64,000 nt of DNA, taken from contig JAVZLQ010000001.1 in the NCBI GenBank assembly GCA_038883655.1, forward strand, positions 327,208 to 391,207, read 5' to 3'. A model generated the notes under the pieces. The model was given only the letters and a program-made list of their open reading frames with translations, was not told where the DNA came from and ran no database searches. Both the position numbers and the translations under genes were made by a program. Every line of letters starts with the position of its first letter. The first letter of the stretch is position 1. Shown piece after piece: positions 37,755 through 47,879 of this stretch. This DNA comes from Candidatus Bathyarchaeia archaeon (GTDB taxonomy: Archaea > Thermoproteota > Bathyarchaeia > Bathyarchaeales > Bathycorpusculaceae).

Positions 37755-39380
37755 TTGTCTCAAGAAATTAGGCAGCTGTTGTTTCCATTTTCCATGCCTT
37801 CTGAAAGCCGCGAAGAACCATTCACCGAGGATATGGAAAGGGCTGCAATTTTTTGTTTTGCCGAACTGGAAAGGGCAAAAGGTAGAGGGTTAATTTTAAA
37901 ACAGCCAGAGGAAAAACTAGCCTTCATTGTTGAGGGCATTTATCCATTTTGGATTGTTCCATGGAAGAAGAGAAATCTCGTCTTTGATGGACTAGGCAAA
38001 GCAAGCCACAATTTTACATATACCGTTTTGCCAGATGCAAAAAGCTTCATAGAAGGCGCTGAAAGAAGCTCCAAAGATTTAGAAACATTCATCTCCTTTC
38101 TCTCTGAAAACGTGAACTATTTCCAGCAACCCTTAGCCAGGAAGGAGTTGACGCTGAACTGTTTAATTGCGGATGCTGACGTTCTCAGCGAACTTTCGTC
38201 GCATTTTTCTGAAGCGAGGGAACTTGAAAAACCATTAACGGACATGCTAAAATTACCGTTAACAATAGACGAATCGAGCATATCTTCAGTTGTTCAGGAA
38301 ATTGAAAACATAAAGGCATCATTTACGGAAGAAGTCGATGTTCTTTATGAAAGTCTAAAGTTTCTCAACAAGCAAACGCAAACTTTCACTAGGGAACTTC
38401 ATAGGCAAATAAAGGACACGAAGGATGAGTTTGGCAAGAAAATAAGGGAGCAGGAAGCCATAACAAAGTCGAAAATTAAGGGCATAAACGAAGAGTTCGA
38501 TGAAAAGATAAAGAAGATAGCCAAGGACTTCGAGAAAAAACTTCTCCCACTGCAAAAGGAGAAAATAAAACTTGAAAAGGCAAAGGAGCAGTTGCAAAAC
38601 AGAATTGAACGTTATAAGGTTGACGCAAAAACATGCGCTGCAAAAAAAGACGTCGTGGGCGAGAGAAAGTGGAAAGAGAAAATTGCCCAAAGCAAGAGGG
38701 AAATTTCCGAATTAGAAAAGCAGATAAAAAGTGTTAAAGCGGAAATTGGAAAGCTTGAAGGGAGCAAGTCTGAAGAAACTTTTAAGCTAAAGTCAGAGTG
38801 GGAAAACAAGGTTAACGAAGCGAGAAAGGATTTACTTGAACTTGAGGCAACAAGAGACGCAAAAATTGAGCTTCTTAAACAAAAGGTAGAGAGCATAGAA
38901 AACTTGACATCGGCGATAACTGAAAAGGTTGATAAAACAGTAAAGTTGAGGATGGCAAACCTTAATGAAATTGAAAACTTGGGAATGGAGCAAAAACAAA
39001 GGACAATGACATTAGTTTATGTGCCATTCTATATGGCTTGCTACCAGTTTGAACTAAAAAATCGCTATGTTATATTCCCGCCTTCATTTGCAAACAGCAT
39101 AGGCCTAACAGCAAAAATCAAGGGCGCATTGGGCATGGCAAAAATAAAACAGCTTCTTACGCCACGCTTCGACGCTTTGGCGCAGTTTTTGGGCAAGCTT
39201 CCGGCGGTGATTGAGCAGAATGCTGCCTTTGAAAGAGAAGTATTTGAGGAAGGGGGCAAACTTAACATTTTAAGGCGAAGCACAATCCGAGAAAAAATTG
39301 TTGCTACATTAAAGCAGTTCAAAGATGAGGGTTGGTTTTCAGAAAAGGAATTTGAAGGCTTCAGCCAGAAGCTTGTCTGA
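37755..39380 (+). CDS. Large coiled-coil protein of unknown function
   Basis: Globular ends (YPFWIVPW; VYVPFY) flank a ~220-aa K/E-rich coiled coil; no Walker A motif. Confidence 0.75.
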   Translation: MSQEIRQLLFPFSMPSESREEPFTEDMERAAIFCFAELERAKGRGLILKQPEEKLAFIVEGIYPFWIVPWKKRNLVFDGLGKASHNFTYTVLPDAKSFIEGAERSSKDLETFISFLSENVNYFQQPLARKELTLNCLIADADVLSELSSHFSEARELEKPLTDMLKLPLTIDESSISSVVQEIENIKASFTEEVDVLYESLKFLNKQTQTFTRELHRQIKDTKDEFGKKIREQEAITKSKIKGINEEFDEKIKKIAKDFEKKLLPLQKEKIKLEKAKEQLQNRIERYKVDAKTCAAKKDVVGERKWKEKIAQSKREISELEKQIKSVKAEIGKLEGSKSEETFKLKSEWENKVNEARKDLLELEATRDAKIELLKQKVESIENLTSAITEKVDKTVKLRMANLNEIENLGMEQKQRTMTLVYVPFYMACYQFELKNRYVIFPPSFANSIGLTAKIKGALGMAKIKQLLTPRFDALAQFLGKLPAVIEQNAAFEREVFEEGGKLNILRRSTIREKIVATLKQFKDEGWFSEKEFEGFSQKLV

Positions 39381-39383
39381 TGG

Positions 39384-39929
39384 CTACTTTATGTTTAGTT
39401 CCCTGAATTTCTTGATGGCGTAATTCACGATTTCCATGGCTTGTTTGGCGTTTTTCCACTCTTTGAATTTAACCCACTTGTGCGGCTCAAGCCTCTTATA
39501 CGTTTCGAAAAACTCTTGAATTTCAACAAGCTGGTGTTTGTGGACGTCGCTTATGTCCATGTATCCGTCGAATCTGGCATCATTAACAAGCACAGACAAT
39601 ATTTTGGGGTCTTCGCCTTTCTCATCCTCAATTATTAATGCGCCGATGACGCGCACTTTAACTATACATCCAACTTCTAGCGGTTCATAACTTAAAACCA
39701 TAATGTCAAGCGGGTCATCATCGTCAAACCACGTTTGTGGAACAAAACCATAATCCACTGGGAAAACAACTGAAGAGGGTATTATGCGGTCTAAGACGAA
39801 TGTTTCCCATTGAAGATGATACTCATACTTGTCTCTTGAGCCGCTGATAACCTCGATAACCATGTTAAGCAGTTGAGGCGGCTTATCGCCTGGCGGAATA
39901 TCCTTCCAAATGTTCATATGCAAACCCAA
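39384..39929 (-). CDS. ppa: Inorganic pyrophosphatase (family I)
   Basis: KYEY, LDR, YGFVPQT, DDDPLD, D.K and FFETYK motifs. Confidence 0.95.
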   Translation of the reverse strand: MGLHMNIWKDIPPGDKPPQLLNMVIEVISGSRDKYEYHLQWETFVLDRIIPSSVVFPVDYGFVPQTWFDDDDPLDIMVLSYEPLEVGCIVKVRVIGALIIEDEKGEDPKILSVLVNDARFDGYMDISDVHKHQLVEIQEFFETYKRLEPHKWVKFKEWKNAKQAMEIVNYAIKKFRELNIK

Positions 39930-39974
39930 AACCAGATGATTGAACCTACTAATTACCCTTTTCCTCGAAAGGCT

Positions 39975-40886
39975 CTAGTCGCTTTTCAACGCGCGCCTTT
40001 CAAATTTAAACTCTTCTTTGGCATATTTTGCGTACAATTCCTTCCTTAAAGCCTCAAGCATCTCAATTTTTCTTCCACAAAACTCCGCGGCAGTTAACAC
40101 TTTCACGCCACGCTTTTCTGCCTCTTCGTAAACTGGCTTAATCCTCAACTTGTAATTCAAATCCCTCAGAAAATGATGGTCCAAAACAAGCGTTTGCACA
40201 CCTGTTTGTTTTATGGCTTTAACAAGGTTGCTGTTTGAAATTTCAAGGCTTTTAAAGGAATAACGATAACCAAGCATGTAAGTCATTGGGCCATCAACAA
40301 ATAAGATGTCAGGATTCTCCTCAAGGATAAAGCCTATCTGCTCGTCAAGCGATGGGCCCTCAACATCAGAAGTGAACAGAAAACTTTCGTCGTTACATTT
40401 GATGCTTACTTCCGTTACATACCCAAGACGTGGGTTCGTCCCGTGACAAACAGCCTTTGAAAATCTTATTGCTGTTTTTCCAAATTGAAAGCTTCTGCCA
40501 TCAGCGATTTCAAGTTTTTTGGGCATACCTCTTATCGATTCAAGGAAAAATGCTGCGCGTTCTTTTTGGCTTCGGTTGATGTTTTCTCTTGGATGTTTTA
40601 TGAACACAGTCTTGTTTCTGTAAATTTCTGGATAGTCAGGGTCATGATGGTCATAATGATAATGCGTAACCACCAACACATCAGCAGACTCTGCAAAGCG
40701 TCTTATAGTTCCCCAAGCCTCGTCAAGCCTTTGCCACTCAAGCGGATGCGGCTCTAAACCATAACGCAGAGGTGCAAGGGAAGCGCCAGGGTCTATGAGC
40801 ACCCTTAAGTCGTCGGTTTCAACAAATGTCGCCATCGAGCGTACGCCCAAACTGTCAAAGGCTAATGGAACGATTTTGCAAATCAT
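39975..40886 (-). CDS. MBL-fold metallo-hydrolase (UPF0282-like)
   Basis: DSLGVRSMAT, THYHYDHH, HG, SDVEGP and DHHFLRD motifs. Confidence 0.85.
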   Translation of the reverse strand: MICKIVPLAFDSLGVRSMATFVETDDLRVLIDPGASLAPLRYGLEPHPLEWQRLDEAWGTIRRFAESADVLVVTHYHYDHHDPDYPEIYRNKTVFIKHPRENINRSQKERAAFFLESIRGMPKKLEIADGRSFQFGKTAIRFSKAVCHGTNPRLGYVTEVSIKCNDESFLFTSDVEGPSLDEQIGFILEENPDILFVDGPMTYMLGYRYSFKSLEISNSNLVKAIKQTGVQTLVLDHHFLRDLNYKLRIKPVYEEAEKRGVKVLTAAEFCGRKIEMLEALRKELYAKYAKEEFKFERRALKSD

Positions 40887-41674
40887 TATGTTTCCTCCGT
40901 AAAGAACGACTCAAGCTTTCTTGCCTCCGCCCTTTTCAAGATTTCGGCGCATTTCTTTGGATCTAGAGCCTTAAACTCTAACCCAAGAGCGAACAACAAC
41001 TTCTGAACATCTCTCGCAATGTTCGGTGCAACAAGAATCCCGCGGATCTCCCTGTGCGATTTAGCTCTAATCGCCTCTATGTATTTGGCGAGTTGTAGCA
41101 CAGCTTCTTTGCCAGCTGTTTTGCGTTTAATTTCAACAACAACAAGTTTTCCATCCCTGTCAATACCATAAACATCAACAAAGCCAGGCTCAACCTTTTT
41201 CTCATAACTTATCGGTTTGAATCCCTCCTCCAAAATTGAAGGTTCGAATAGTATGGCCTTATGCATGTCCTCCTCGCTTGCATATAGTGCAAATTCGCCA
41301 GAATCAACTAGACTTATGGCTGAAACCAGCTTGATTTCGTCGAAAAACACTTTGACAGATTCTGACGGCTTTTGTCTAAAAGCGTGAATCTCTAAAACAC
41401 CTTTCTGCGTTTGAGTGTGGAATATGCATCCTGGCGGTTGCCAATTAACTGGTTCATAGCCGACTGAACGGTGAACAAGCAGTGAGCCATCCTCCTTTAT
41501 GATTAGTATGCGTTCGCCTGGTTCAAGTTTGGATTTCGCCCTTCCACTGTAGTGTACCCAGCATCTGCCAATCAAAAGCAATGTTTTGCGGTGTGAAACA
41601 GCCTCTCTAACAATCTCTTCTGCTTCTGCAATGTTTGGGTTTATCAGAACGGTTAGTGGTTTTTGTTCAGTCAA
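40886..41674 (-). CDS. nucS: Mismatch-specific endonuclease NucS/EndoMS
   Basis: Y.GRA.S.L..GER..I.K.DGS..VH, PVNWQP, GFVD, EIKR, QL.KY; C-terminal PIP-like LESFF. Confidence 0.95.
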   Translation of the reverse strand: MTEQKPLTVLINPNIAEAEEIVREAVSHRKTLLLIGRCWVHYSGRAKSKLEPGERILIIKEDGSLLVHRSVGYEPVNWQPPGCIFHTQTQKGVLEIHAFRQKPSESVKVFFDEIKLVSAISLVDSGEFALYASEEDMHKAILFEPSILEEGFKPISYEKKVEPGFVDVYGIDRDGKLVVVEIKRKTAGKEAVLQLAKYIEAIRAKSHREIRGILVAPNIARDVQKLLFALGLEFKALDPKKCAEILKRAEARKLESFFTEET

Positions 41675-41734
41675 CGTCCACCCAATAAATTTACAAGAAC
41701 ATTAACTACATAAGACTTCTGAGAAGAGGCGCTT

Positions 41735-42289
41735 ATGAGCGAGTGGGACAAAAAACGTGAGATAATGCAGTGCTATGATGTAACGGCGCACTTGTATGAT
41801 ACGCGTTATGCTGGGGAGCAAAAACAAAAGATTGAGGCTGCACTTGAGGAGATAAAGATTAAGAAGCTTTGTTCAGTTCTAGATGTAGGATGCGGAACTG
41901 GAATTCTGTTCAACTACTTTGCCAGCAAAGCAAAAAGTATTGTGGGATTAGATATTTCAAGGAGAACTTTGCAAGAGGCAAAGAAAAGGGCTAACAACAT
42001 TGGAAATACGCATTTGGTTTTGGCTGATGCTGATAACATGCCACTTCGAGAAAACCTTTTTGACTATGTTTTTGGCATCACAATTCTTCAGAACATGCCA
42101 GAACCAGCCAAAACCTTAATGGAGATCCGGCGTGTTGCAAAGAGAAAAGCCAAAATTATTGTTACGGGCATGAAGAAGGCTTTCACGCGGGAGCAATTTC
42201 AAAAGTTATTGTCGGAAGCAAATTTGAAAAGCATTGCATTTAAGACTGAAAATTTGAAGTGCTATGTGGCTATCTGCGTTAAACTTTGA
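41735..42289 (+). CDS. Class I SAM-dependent methyltransferase
   Basis: VLDVGCGTG, GLDIS and DADNMPL motifs. Confidence 0.88.
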   Translation: MSEWDKKREIMQCYDVTAHLYDTRYAGEQKQKIEAALEEIKIKKLCSVLDVGCGTGILFNYFASKAKSIVGLDISRRTLQEAKKRANNIGNTHLVLADADNMPLRENLFDYVFGITILQNMPEPAKTLMEIRRVAKRKAKIIVTGMKKAFTREQFQKLLSEANLKSIAFKTENLKCYVAICVKL

Positions 42290-42392
42290 TGTGAAAATTT
42301 TACAAAGTTAAAACTAAACTATATATGAAGGTTCAACATAGGCTATATTTCCATCATAAGTGGCATATCGACAAAAGGTTGGCTGCGTCAAG

Positions 42393-43325
42393 ATGCCGTT
42401 AAAAACAGCAAAAACCGAAACGGCGAAAGCCCTAACACTAGAATGGATTTTACACGTAAAAAATTACAAACTTAATCTTGAAAAAAGCTTGTGTGTTGGC
42501 TGTCAAATCTGCGCCTTGGCATGCCCAAAAGAGGCAATAAAAATTGAAAAGCAGCCAAAAGTTCAAGGGGAAAAGGCGAAAAGGGCAAAGGTTGACATAG
42601 ATCTAAAAAAGTGCAATTTCTGCGGAATATGCGACATACTCTGCCCATATGGGGCAATAAAAGTAACTGTGAACGGTGAACACGTGCTGTCAGTTGTTGA
42701 GAAGGAAAGTTTCCCACAATTGATACGTGAAATAAAGGTGGACGCGAGTAAATGCCCGGTGGACTGCGTTGAATGTGAGAAGGCATGTCCGCTAAACTTA
42801 ATCAGGATTACGAGGTTAACCCCAGACGGAAAAGTTGTTGAAGACTTAGAGTCCTTGACTAAAAAACAGAAGAAAGAACTTAAAGTACAAGTTGATGTAG
42901 ACGTGGAGCATTGCCCATGTTGTAGAGTATGCGAAATTAAATGTCCAGAAGGTGTCATGCAAGTGCGCAAGTTCCTCCAAGGAAAAATCGTAATTTACCA
43001 AGAGAAGTGTCCAGAAGGCTGCACAGACTGTCTAGACGTCTGCCCAATAACCGGGGCACTGTATCTTTCAGAAGAGGACAAGAAAGTGCATGTAAATGAA
43101 CTGTTTTGCATTTATTGTGGAGCGTGTAAAGTCGTCTGCCCAGTTGAAGAGGCATTGGAGCTTAAGCGAACCAGAGTTTTCCACACACCAATTCGTTCTG
43201 GAACTTGGAACAAAGTTTTGGAGAGAATAGCCTCTCTAATTGAGATGAGTAAGGAGTTGAAGGCAAAAAGTTCACAAAAGGTTTTGGAATCTGTGGAAAA
43301 AAGGCTTGGATGGAGGAGCACGTAA
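42393..43325 (+). CDS. Polyferredoxin, FwdF-like
   Basis: Six CxxCxxCxxxCP-type 4Fe-4S motifs; C-terminal TPIRSGTW reminiscent of FwdF. Confidence 0.8.
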   Translation: MPLKTAKTETAKALTLEWILHVKNYKLNLEKSLCVGCQICALACPKEAIKIEKQPKVQGEKAKRAKVDIDLKKCNFCGICDILCPYGAIKVTVNGEHVLSVVEKESFPQLIREIKVDASKCPVDCVECEKACPLNLIRITRLTPDGKVVEDLESLTKKQKKELKVQVDVDVEHCPCCRVCEIKCPEGVMQVRKFLQGKIVIYQEKCPEGCTDCLDVCPITGALYLSEEDKKVHVNELFCIYCGACKVVCPVEEALELKRTRVFHTPIRSGTWNKVLERIASLIEMSKELKAKSSQKVLESVEKRLGWRST

Positions 43326-43326
43326 A

Positions 43327-45753
43327 ATGGCTGAAGAACCAAGAATTGGGGTTTTCATATGTCACTGTGGGCTAAACATAGCTGGAGTACTAGACATAAA
43401 GGAACTAGTTGAATACGCAAAAACACTGCCAAATGTTGTTTACGTGAAGGACAACCGCTACACATGTGCAGACCCAGGGCAAGAGGAGATTAGGAAGGCC
43501 ATAAAGGAGCACAAGCTCAACCGCGTTGTTGTTGCGGCTTGCTCTCCACGAATGCACGAACCAACCTTCAGAAGAACAGTTTCAGATGTTGACTTGAACC
43601 CGTTCCTTTTTGAAATGGCTAACATCCGCGAATTCTCTTCTTGGTGCCATCCAAGCACGCCTAAAGAGGCAACAGAAAAAGCCAAAGACCTAATTAAGAT
43701 GGCAGTAGCCAAGGTAAGACTGCTTCAGTCTTTGCAAACAATAGAGGTTCCAGTCACCAACAAAGCGCTTGTTATTGGCGGCGGAATCGCTGGAATGAAC
43801 GCTGCCTTGGACTTGGCGGAAATGGGCTTCAAGGTTTACTTGCTTGAAAAAAGCGAAAGCATAGGCGGGCACATGGCGCAGTTGGATAAGACATTTCCAA
43901 CATTGGACTGTTCAATATGCATTGAAGGACCAAAGATGGTTGATGTTGGAAGGCACCCGAACATAGAAATTATTGCTTATGCCGATTTGCTAAGCGTAAG
44001 CGGCTACATTGGCAACTTCAAGGTTAAGATTAGGAAGAACCCGCGTTACGTTATTGCTGAAAACTGCACTGGATGTGGTGAATGTAGAGACGCTTGTCCA
44101 ATAGAGTACCCAAACGAGTGGGACATGAATCTGGGCGTGAGAAAAGCTATATCGGTTCCATTCGACCAAGCTGTTCCGCTAGTTTACACGATAAACAAGG
44201 ATTACTGCATCGAATGCTACAAGTGTGTAGACGCTTGCGGGGCTAGGCAAGCCATAAACTTTGAACAGCAACCAGAAGAAATAGAATTGGATGTGGGCGC
44301 CATAATTGTTTCAACAGGCTATGACATTTACTTACCATACGATATGCCGCTTTACGGTTATGGAAAATACACAAACGTGATAACCTCACTAGAGTTTGAA
44401 AGGCTTATACTCGCCGCTGGGCCAACAGGCGGAAAGGTTGTTAGGGCTTCAGACGGACAAAAGCCGCATAGCGTGGCTTTCATTCAATGTGTAGGCTCGA
44501 GGGACGCAAACAAGTACCCGTATTGTTCGAACTTCTGCTGCATGTACACTCTAAAACATGTGGTTCAGCTTAAGGAGAAGTACAAGGAAGACGTGGAAGT
44601 CTACGTTTTCTACATGGACATGCGAACCAACTTCAAGGGTTTCGAAGAATTCTATCAGCGTGCGCGCGAATTAGGTGTAAACTTCATCCGAGGGAGGGTA
44701 AGCCGCATTTTGGAAATTCCCGAAACAAAGAATTTGCTTATCCACGCCGAGGACATGACGCTTGGACAGCCGATAGAAATTGAAGCGGAAATGGTTGTTT
44801 TGGCAACAGCAGCCATACCCAAGAAGGGCTCAGAAGAAATAGCCAGAATCCTAAACCTAACCCGCGGCACAGACGGTTTCTTCATGGAAAGTCACCCGAA
44901 ACTTAAGCCTCTGGACGCCCCAACAGACGGCATATTCCTAGCCGGAGCATGCCAAGCGCCTAAGGACATACCCTACAGCGTTTCGCAAGGATGCGGAGCA
45001 GCCTCAAGAGCAGCAACCGTCCTTTCTAAGCCAAAGTGGAAGATTGAGCCAATAGTAGCTGTTGTTGACGCGACGAAATGCAGAAACGTCACAACAAAGT
45101 GTGGGATTTGCGCTGAAAGATGCCCGTATGGAGCAATAAGGGCAGAGGAAAAACAACCAGCCCAGGTGATAACTGCCATGTGCCATGGCTGCGGAACATG
45201 CGTGGCAGAGTGTCCTGTAGACGCCATACAACAGATGCACTTCACAGACGCGCAAATCTTTGCCCAAATAAGAGCAGCCCTAGAAACAAATCCAGAAGAT
45301 AAGATTTTGGCTTTCCTTTGCAACTGGTGCAGTTACGCAGGCGCGGACTTGGCTGGAACAAGCAGGTTTGAGTATCCGCCGACAATACGCCCGATAAGGG
45401 TTATGTGTTCTGGAAGGGTTGACCGCGACTTTATCCTAGAAGCCTTAAGGCTTGGCGCTGGAATGGTCCTTGTTGCTGCTTGCCACCTGCCATATGACTG
45501 CCACTACATAAGTGGAAACTGGAAGATGAAGGCTAGGATGGACGCGTTAGCGCCTATGCTTCACAAGCTTGGGCTAAGCCCAGAAAGGTTCCGTGTTGAA
45601 TATGTCTCGGCGGCTGAGGGCGTCAAATTCGCAGAAATTGTTAGGGAGATGACGGCGCAGATGCATGCGCTTGGCAAGGAGCGTATTAAAGCCGAAAATG
45701 AGAAACTACGTCCAGTGCTTGAGAATATGCTGAAGCGTAAGGAAAAGAGGTAG
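43327..45753 (+). CDS. hdrA: HdrA fused to a C-terminal MvhD domain
   Basis: RIGVFICHCG, AACSP..HE..FR, GGGIAG, LDKTFPTLDC, IQCVGSRD; C-terminal FLCNWCSYAGAD...RVMCSGRV...DCHY (MvhD). Confidence 0.93.
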   Translation: MAEEPRIGVFICHCGLNIAGVLDIKELVEYAKTLPNVVYVKDNRYTCADPGQEEIRKAIKEHKLNRVVVAACSPRMHEPTFRRTVSDVDLNPFLFEMANIREFSSWCHPSTPKEATEKAKDLIKMAVAKVRLLQSLQTIEVPVTNKALVIGGGIAGMNAALDLAEMGFKVYLLEKSESIGGHMAQLDKTFPTLDCSICIEGPKMVDVGRHPNIEIIAYADLLSVSGYIGNFKVKIRKNPRYVIAENCTGCGECRDACPIEYPNEWDMNLGVRKAISVPFDQAVPLVYTINKDYCIECYKCVDACGARQAINFEQQPEEIELDVGAIIVSTGYDIYLPYDMPLYGYGKYTNVITSLEFERLILAAGPTGGKVVRASDGQKPHSVAFIQCVGSRDANKYPYCSNFCCMYTLKHVVQLKEKYKEDVEVYVFYMDMRTNFKGFEEFYQRARELGVNFIRGRVSRILEIPETKNLLIHAEDMTLGQPIEIEAEMVVLATAAIPKKGSEEIARILNLTRGTDGFFMESHPKLKPLDAPTDGIFLAGACQAPKDIPYSVSQGCGAASRAATVLSKPKWKIEPIVAVVDATKCRNVTTKCGICAERCPYGAIRAEEKQPAQVITAMCHGCGTCVAECPVDAIQQMHFTDAQIFAQIRAALETNPEDKILAFLCNWCSYAGADLAGTSRFEYPPTIRPIRVMCSGRVDRDFILEALRLGAGMVLVAACHLPYDCHYISGNWKMKARMDALAPMLHKLGLSPERFRVEYVSAAEGVKFAEIVREMTAQMHALGKERIKAENEKLRPVLENMLKRKEKR

Positions 45754-45755
45754 TT

Positions 45756-47033
45756 TTAGCTTAATCCCTTTCTAACAAAATAATAAACAATACCAGCCAC
45801 CAGTCCAGCAGCGCCAACAACCCAAGCTTGCGGTGAAACGAATAGAATAAAAACCGCTAATGCGATGCAAGTAAATGCGCCTAAAACTGGAATGACACGC
45901 GGGTACAATCTGCCTTGAATATTCAATTTTAATGCGGAAACGTTAGCCATTGTATAATAGAAAAGCAAAGCAAATGTGCTTATGGCTACAACGCTTGAAA
46001 GGTCAACAAACAAGGCAAGAAGAGCCATCAAAATGCCGACAACCCATATGGAAAGGTGTGGCGTATTATATTTTGGATGAAGTTTGCCTAAGACTTGTGG
46101 AATATCATTTCTTCTCGCCATTGCGTAAGCCATGCGGGAAACGCCTAAAATTGCAGTCAATAACACGCTTGCTGTTGCGAGCAAGCCGCCAGCAGAAACT
46201 ATGTAAACCGCGGCTGTGTTTCCTGTTGTGCGAATCGCTTCAGTTAAAGGGGAATTTGAACTAGAAAGGCTAGTTGCGCCCACAAGCCCTACGGCTACTA
46301 AGCCAACAAGTATGTAAATGATTGCTGATATAATAAGTGAAAGCAGTATTGCCCTCGGAACGTTTCGCCTAGCGTCTCTAACCTCCTCAGCGATAACAGC
46401 AACTCTTGCGAAGCCAGCATATGCAAAGAAGATGTAGCATGTGCCATAAAGCATTCCAACGTCTAAGGGTGTAAATGGCACGTAATTTTCAGGTTTGACG
46501 TAAGCCAAGCCAAGGACAACAAATAATGTCAGTACAAGAATTTTTGCGGCAACCAAGAAGTTGTTGAGAAGTGCTGATTGGCGAACTCCAAAAAAGTTCA
46601 GCAGAGTGAAAAATATGCAGAGGATAGCTGCAATCCAGTTGGCTGGCAAGGTTGGAAATATAGCCGTAAAGTAGCTTGCGAATCCAAGAGATACGGCGGC
46701 GCCGACAAAAGTGTTTGAGAGTATCCACATCCACCCAACCAGAAAGCCAGCGAACGGCGAAATTAGCTGGTAGGCGTACTCGTAAATGCTTCCTTCCAGC
46801 GGTTGCCAAGCAGCAAGTTCGGCAAAGCTTAACGCCGTAAATAATGCAATCACAGCTGCCAAAAGCATGGAAACAATGACAGCCGAACCAGCTAAACCCG
46901 CCGCAATACCAGTGACAACAAATATGCCCGCGCCCACGATTGCGCCTACACTTATGGCTGTTGCGTCAAACAATCCTAAGGTAGGCTTAAGCTTTGATTG
47001 CTTAGCCTTCTCTTTTCTATTCATACCGAACAC
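45756..47033 (-). CDS. APC-family amino acid permease
   Basis: GAIVGAGIF, FAELA, FFAYAGF and AEEVRD motifs; 12 TM helices. Confidence 0.92.
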   Translation of the reverse strand: MFGMNRKEKAKQSKLKPTLGLFDATAISVGAIVGAGIFVVTGIAAGLAGSAVIVSMLLAAVIALFTALSFAELAAWQPLEGSIYEYAYQLISPFAGFLVGWMWILSNTFVGAAVSLGFASYFTAIFPTLPANWIAAILCIFFTLLNFFGVRQSALLNNFLVAAKILVLTLFVVLGLAYVKPENYVPFTPLDVGMLYGTCYIFFAYAGFARVAVIAEEVRDARRNVPRAILLSLIISAIIYILVGLVAVGLVGATSLSSSNSPLTEAIRTTGNTAAVYIVSAGGLLATASVLLTAILGVSRMAYAMARRNDIPQVLGKLHPKYNTPHLSIWVVGILMALLALFVDLSSVVAISTFALLFYYTMANVSALKLNIQGRLYPRVIPVLGAFTCIALAVFILFVSPQAWVVGAAGLVAGIVYYFVRKGLS

Positions 47034-47103
47034 GCGTTAAGAGAACAGTTCTCAATGGTCAGCTATTAAAACTTTAAGGGCACACCTGCTTATTGATAGA
47101 GAC

Positions 47104-47877
47104 ATGCATACACTAATATTGCGCAGAAGAAAAGCAAAGCGAGTTAGGGAAAGGTTTCTACGCGAAATATATGAAAACATTGTTTTGCCGTATGAGTTGA
47201 GTGAAGGTTATGAGGAAGAGGTTGTCGGCGGGTTCGAAAACAAGCTTGAAGAAGAATATTTTCACAATTTTATTTCACTTCTAAAACCTAAAGCCAAAAT
47301 CTTGGATTTAGCATGCGGAGATGGAAGGCACACCTTAAAACTTTCTGATAGTGTAGAGTATGTGGTAGCATTTGATATTTCATCTAAAAACTTGAAGAAA
47401 GCCAAAAGAAAATGTGCGGAGGAAAATGTTAGCTACATGAAAGGCTCAATGCTCAAGCTGCCTTTCCGTCGGCAAACATTTGATGGTGTTTGGTTCTCTC
47501 AAGCTTTCGAATATGTCCCTCCAGACTTGCGGGAGACGTTCTTGCAACAGCTAAATCTTGCTTTGAAAACTAATGGCATTTTGTTCATGAGCGTTGAAAC
47601 GTGGATGGATACAAATATTTTTGCATCCATTAGTGGGTTGTTGTCAGATTTCAAACTCTTTTGTTATTGGAAATTTCTTAAGCGCAAGCCGTTAATTTGG
47701 GGAGAATTCCTTTACTATTGCACCCCTAGAGGAACTGGAGAGAGATTCTCGGGATGGCATTATCACGTGCACACAGACAAGTGCACATTACGAAAACTTT
47801 TGGATAAATGTGGCTTTATTGCTAAGAAAATGGATATTAAATGTGGTTACATTTACCTACTTGCTGTCAAAAGTTGA
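47104..47877 (+). CDS. Class I SAM-dependent methyltransferase
   Basis: ILDLACGDGR, AFDIS and GSMLKLPF...FD motifs. Confidence 0.85.
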   Translation: MHTLILRRRKAKRVRERFLREIYENIVLPYELSEGYEEEVVGGFENKLEEEYFHNFISLLKPKAKILDLACGDGRHTLKLSDSVEYVVAFDISSKNLKKAKRKCAEENVSYMKGSMLKLPFRRQTFDGVWFSQAFEYVPPDLRETFLQQLNLALKTNGILFMSVETWMDTNIFASISGLLSDFKLFCYWKFLKRKPLIWGEFLYYCTPRGTGERFSGWHYHVHTDKCTLRKLLDKCGFIAKKMDIKCGYIYLLAVKS

Positions 47878-47879
47878 AG

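Noticed and set aside
43327-45753. Selenocysteine recoding in HdrA/MvhD
   Set aside because: The ORF is uninterrupted, with Cys at the relevant positions
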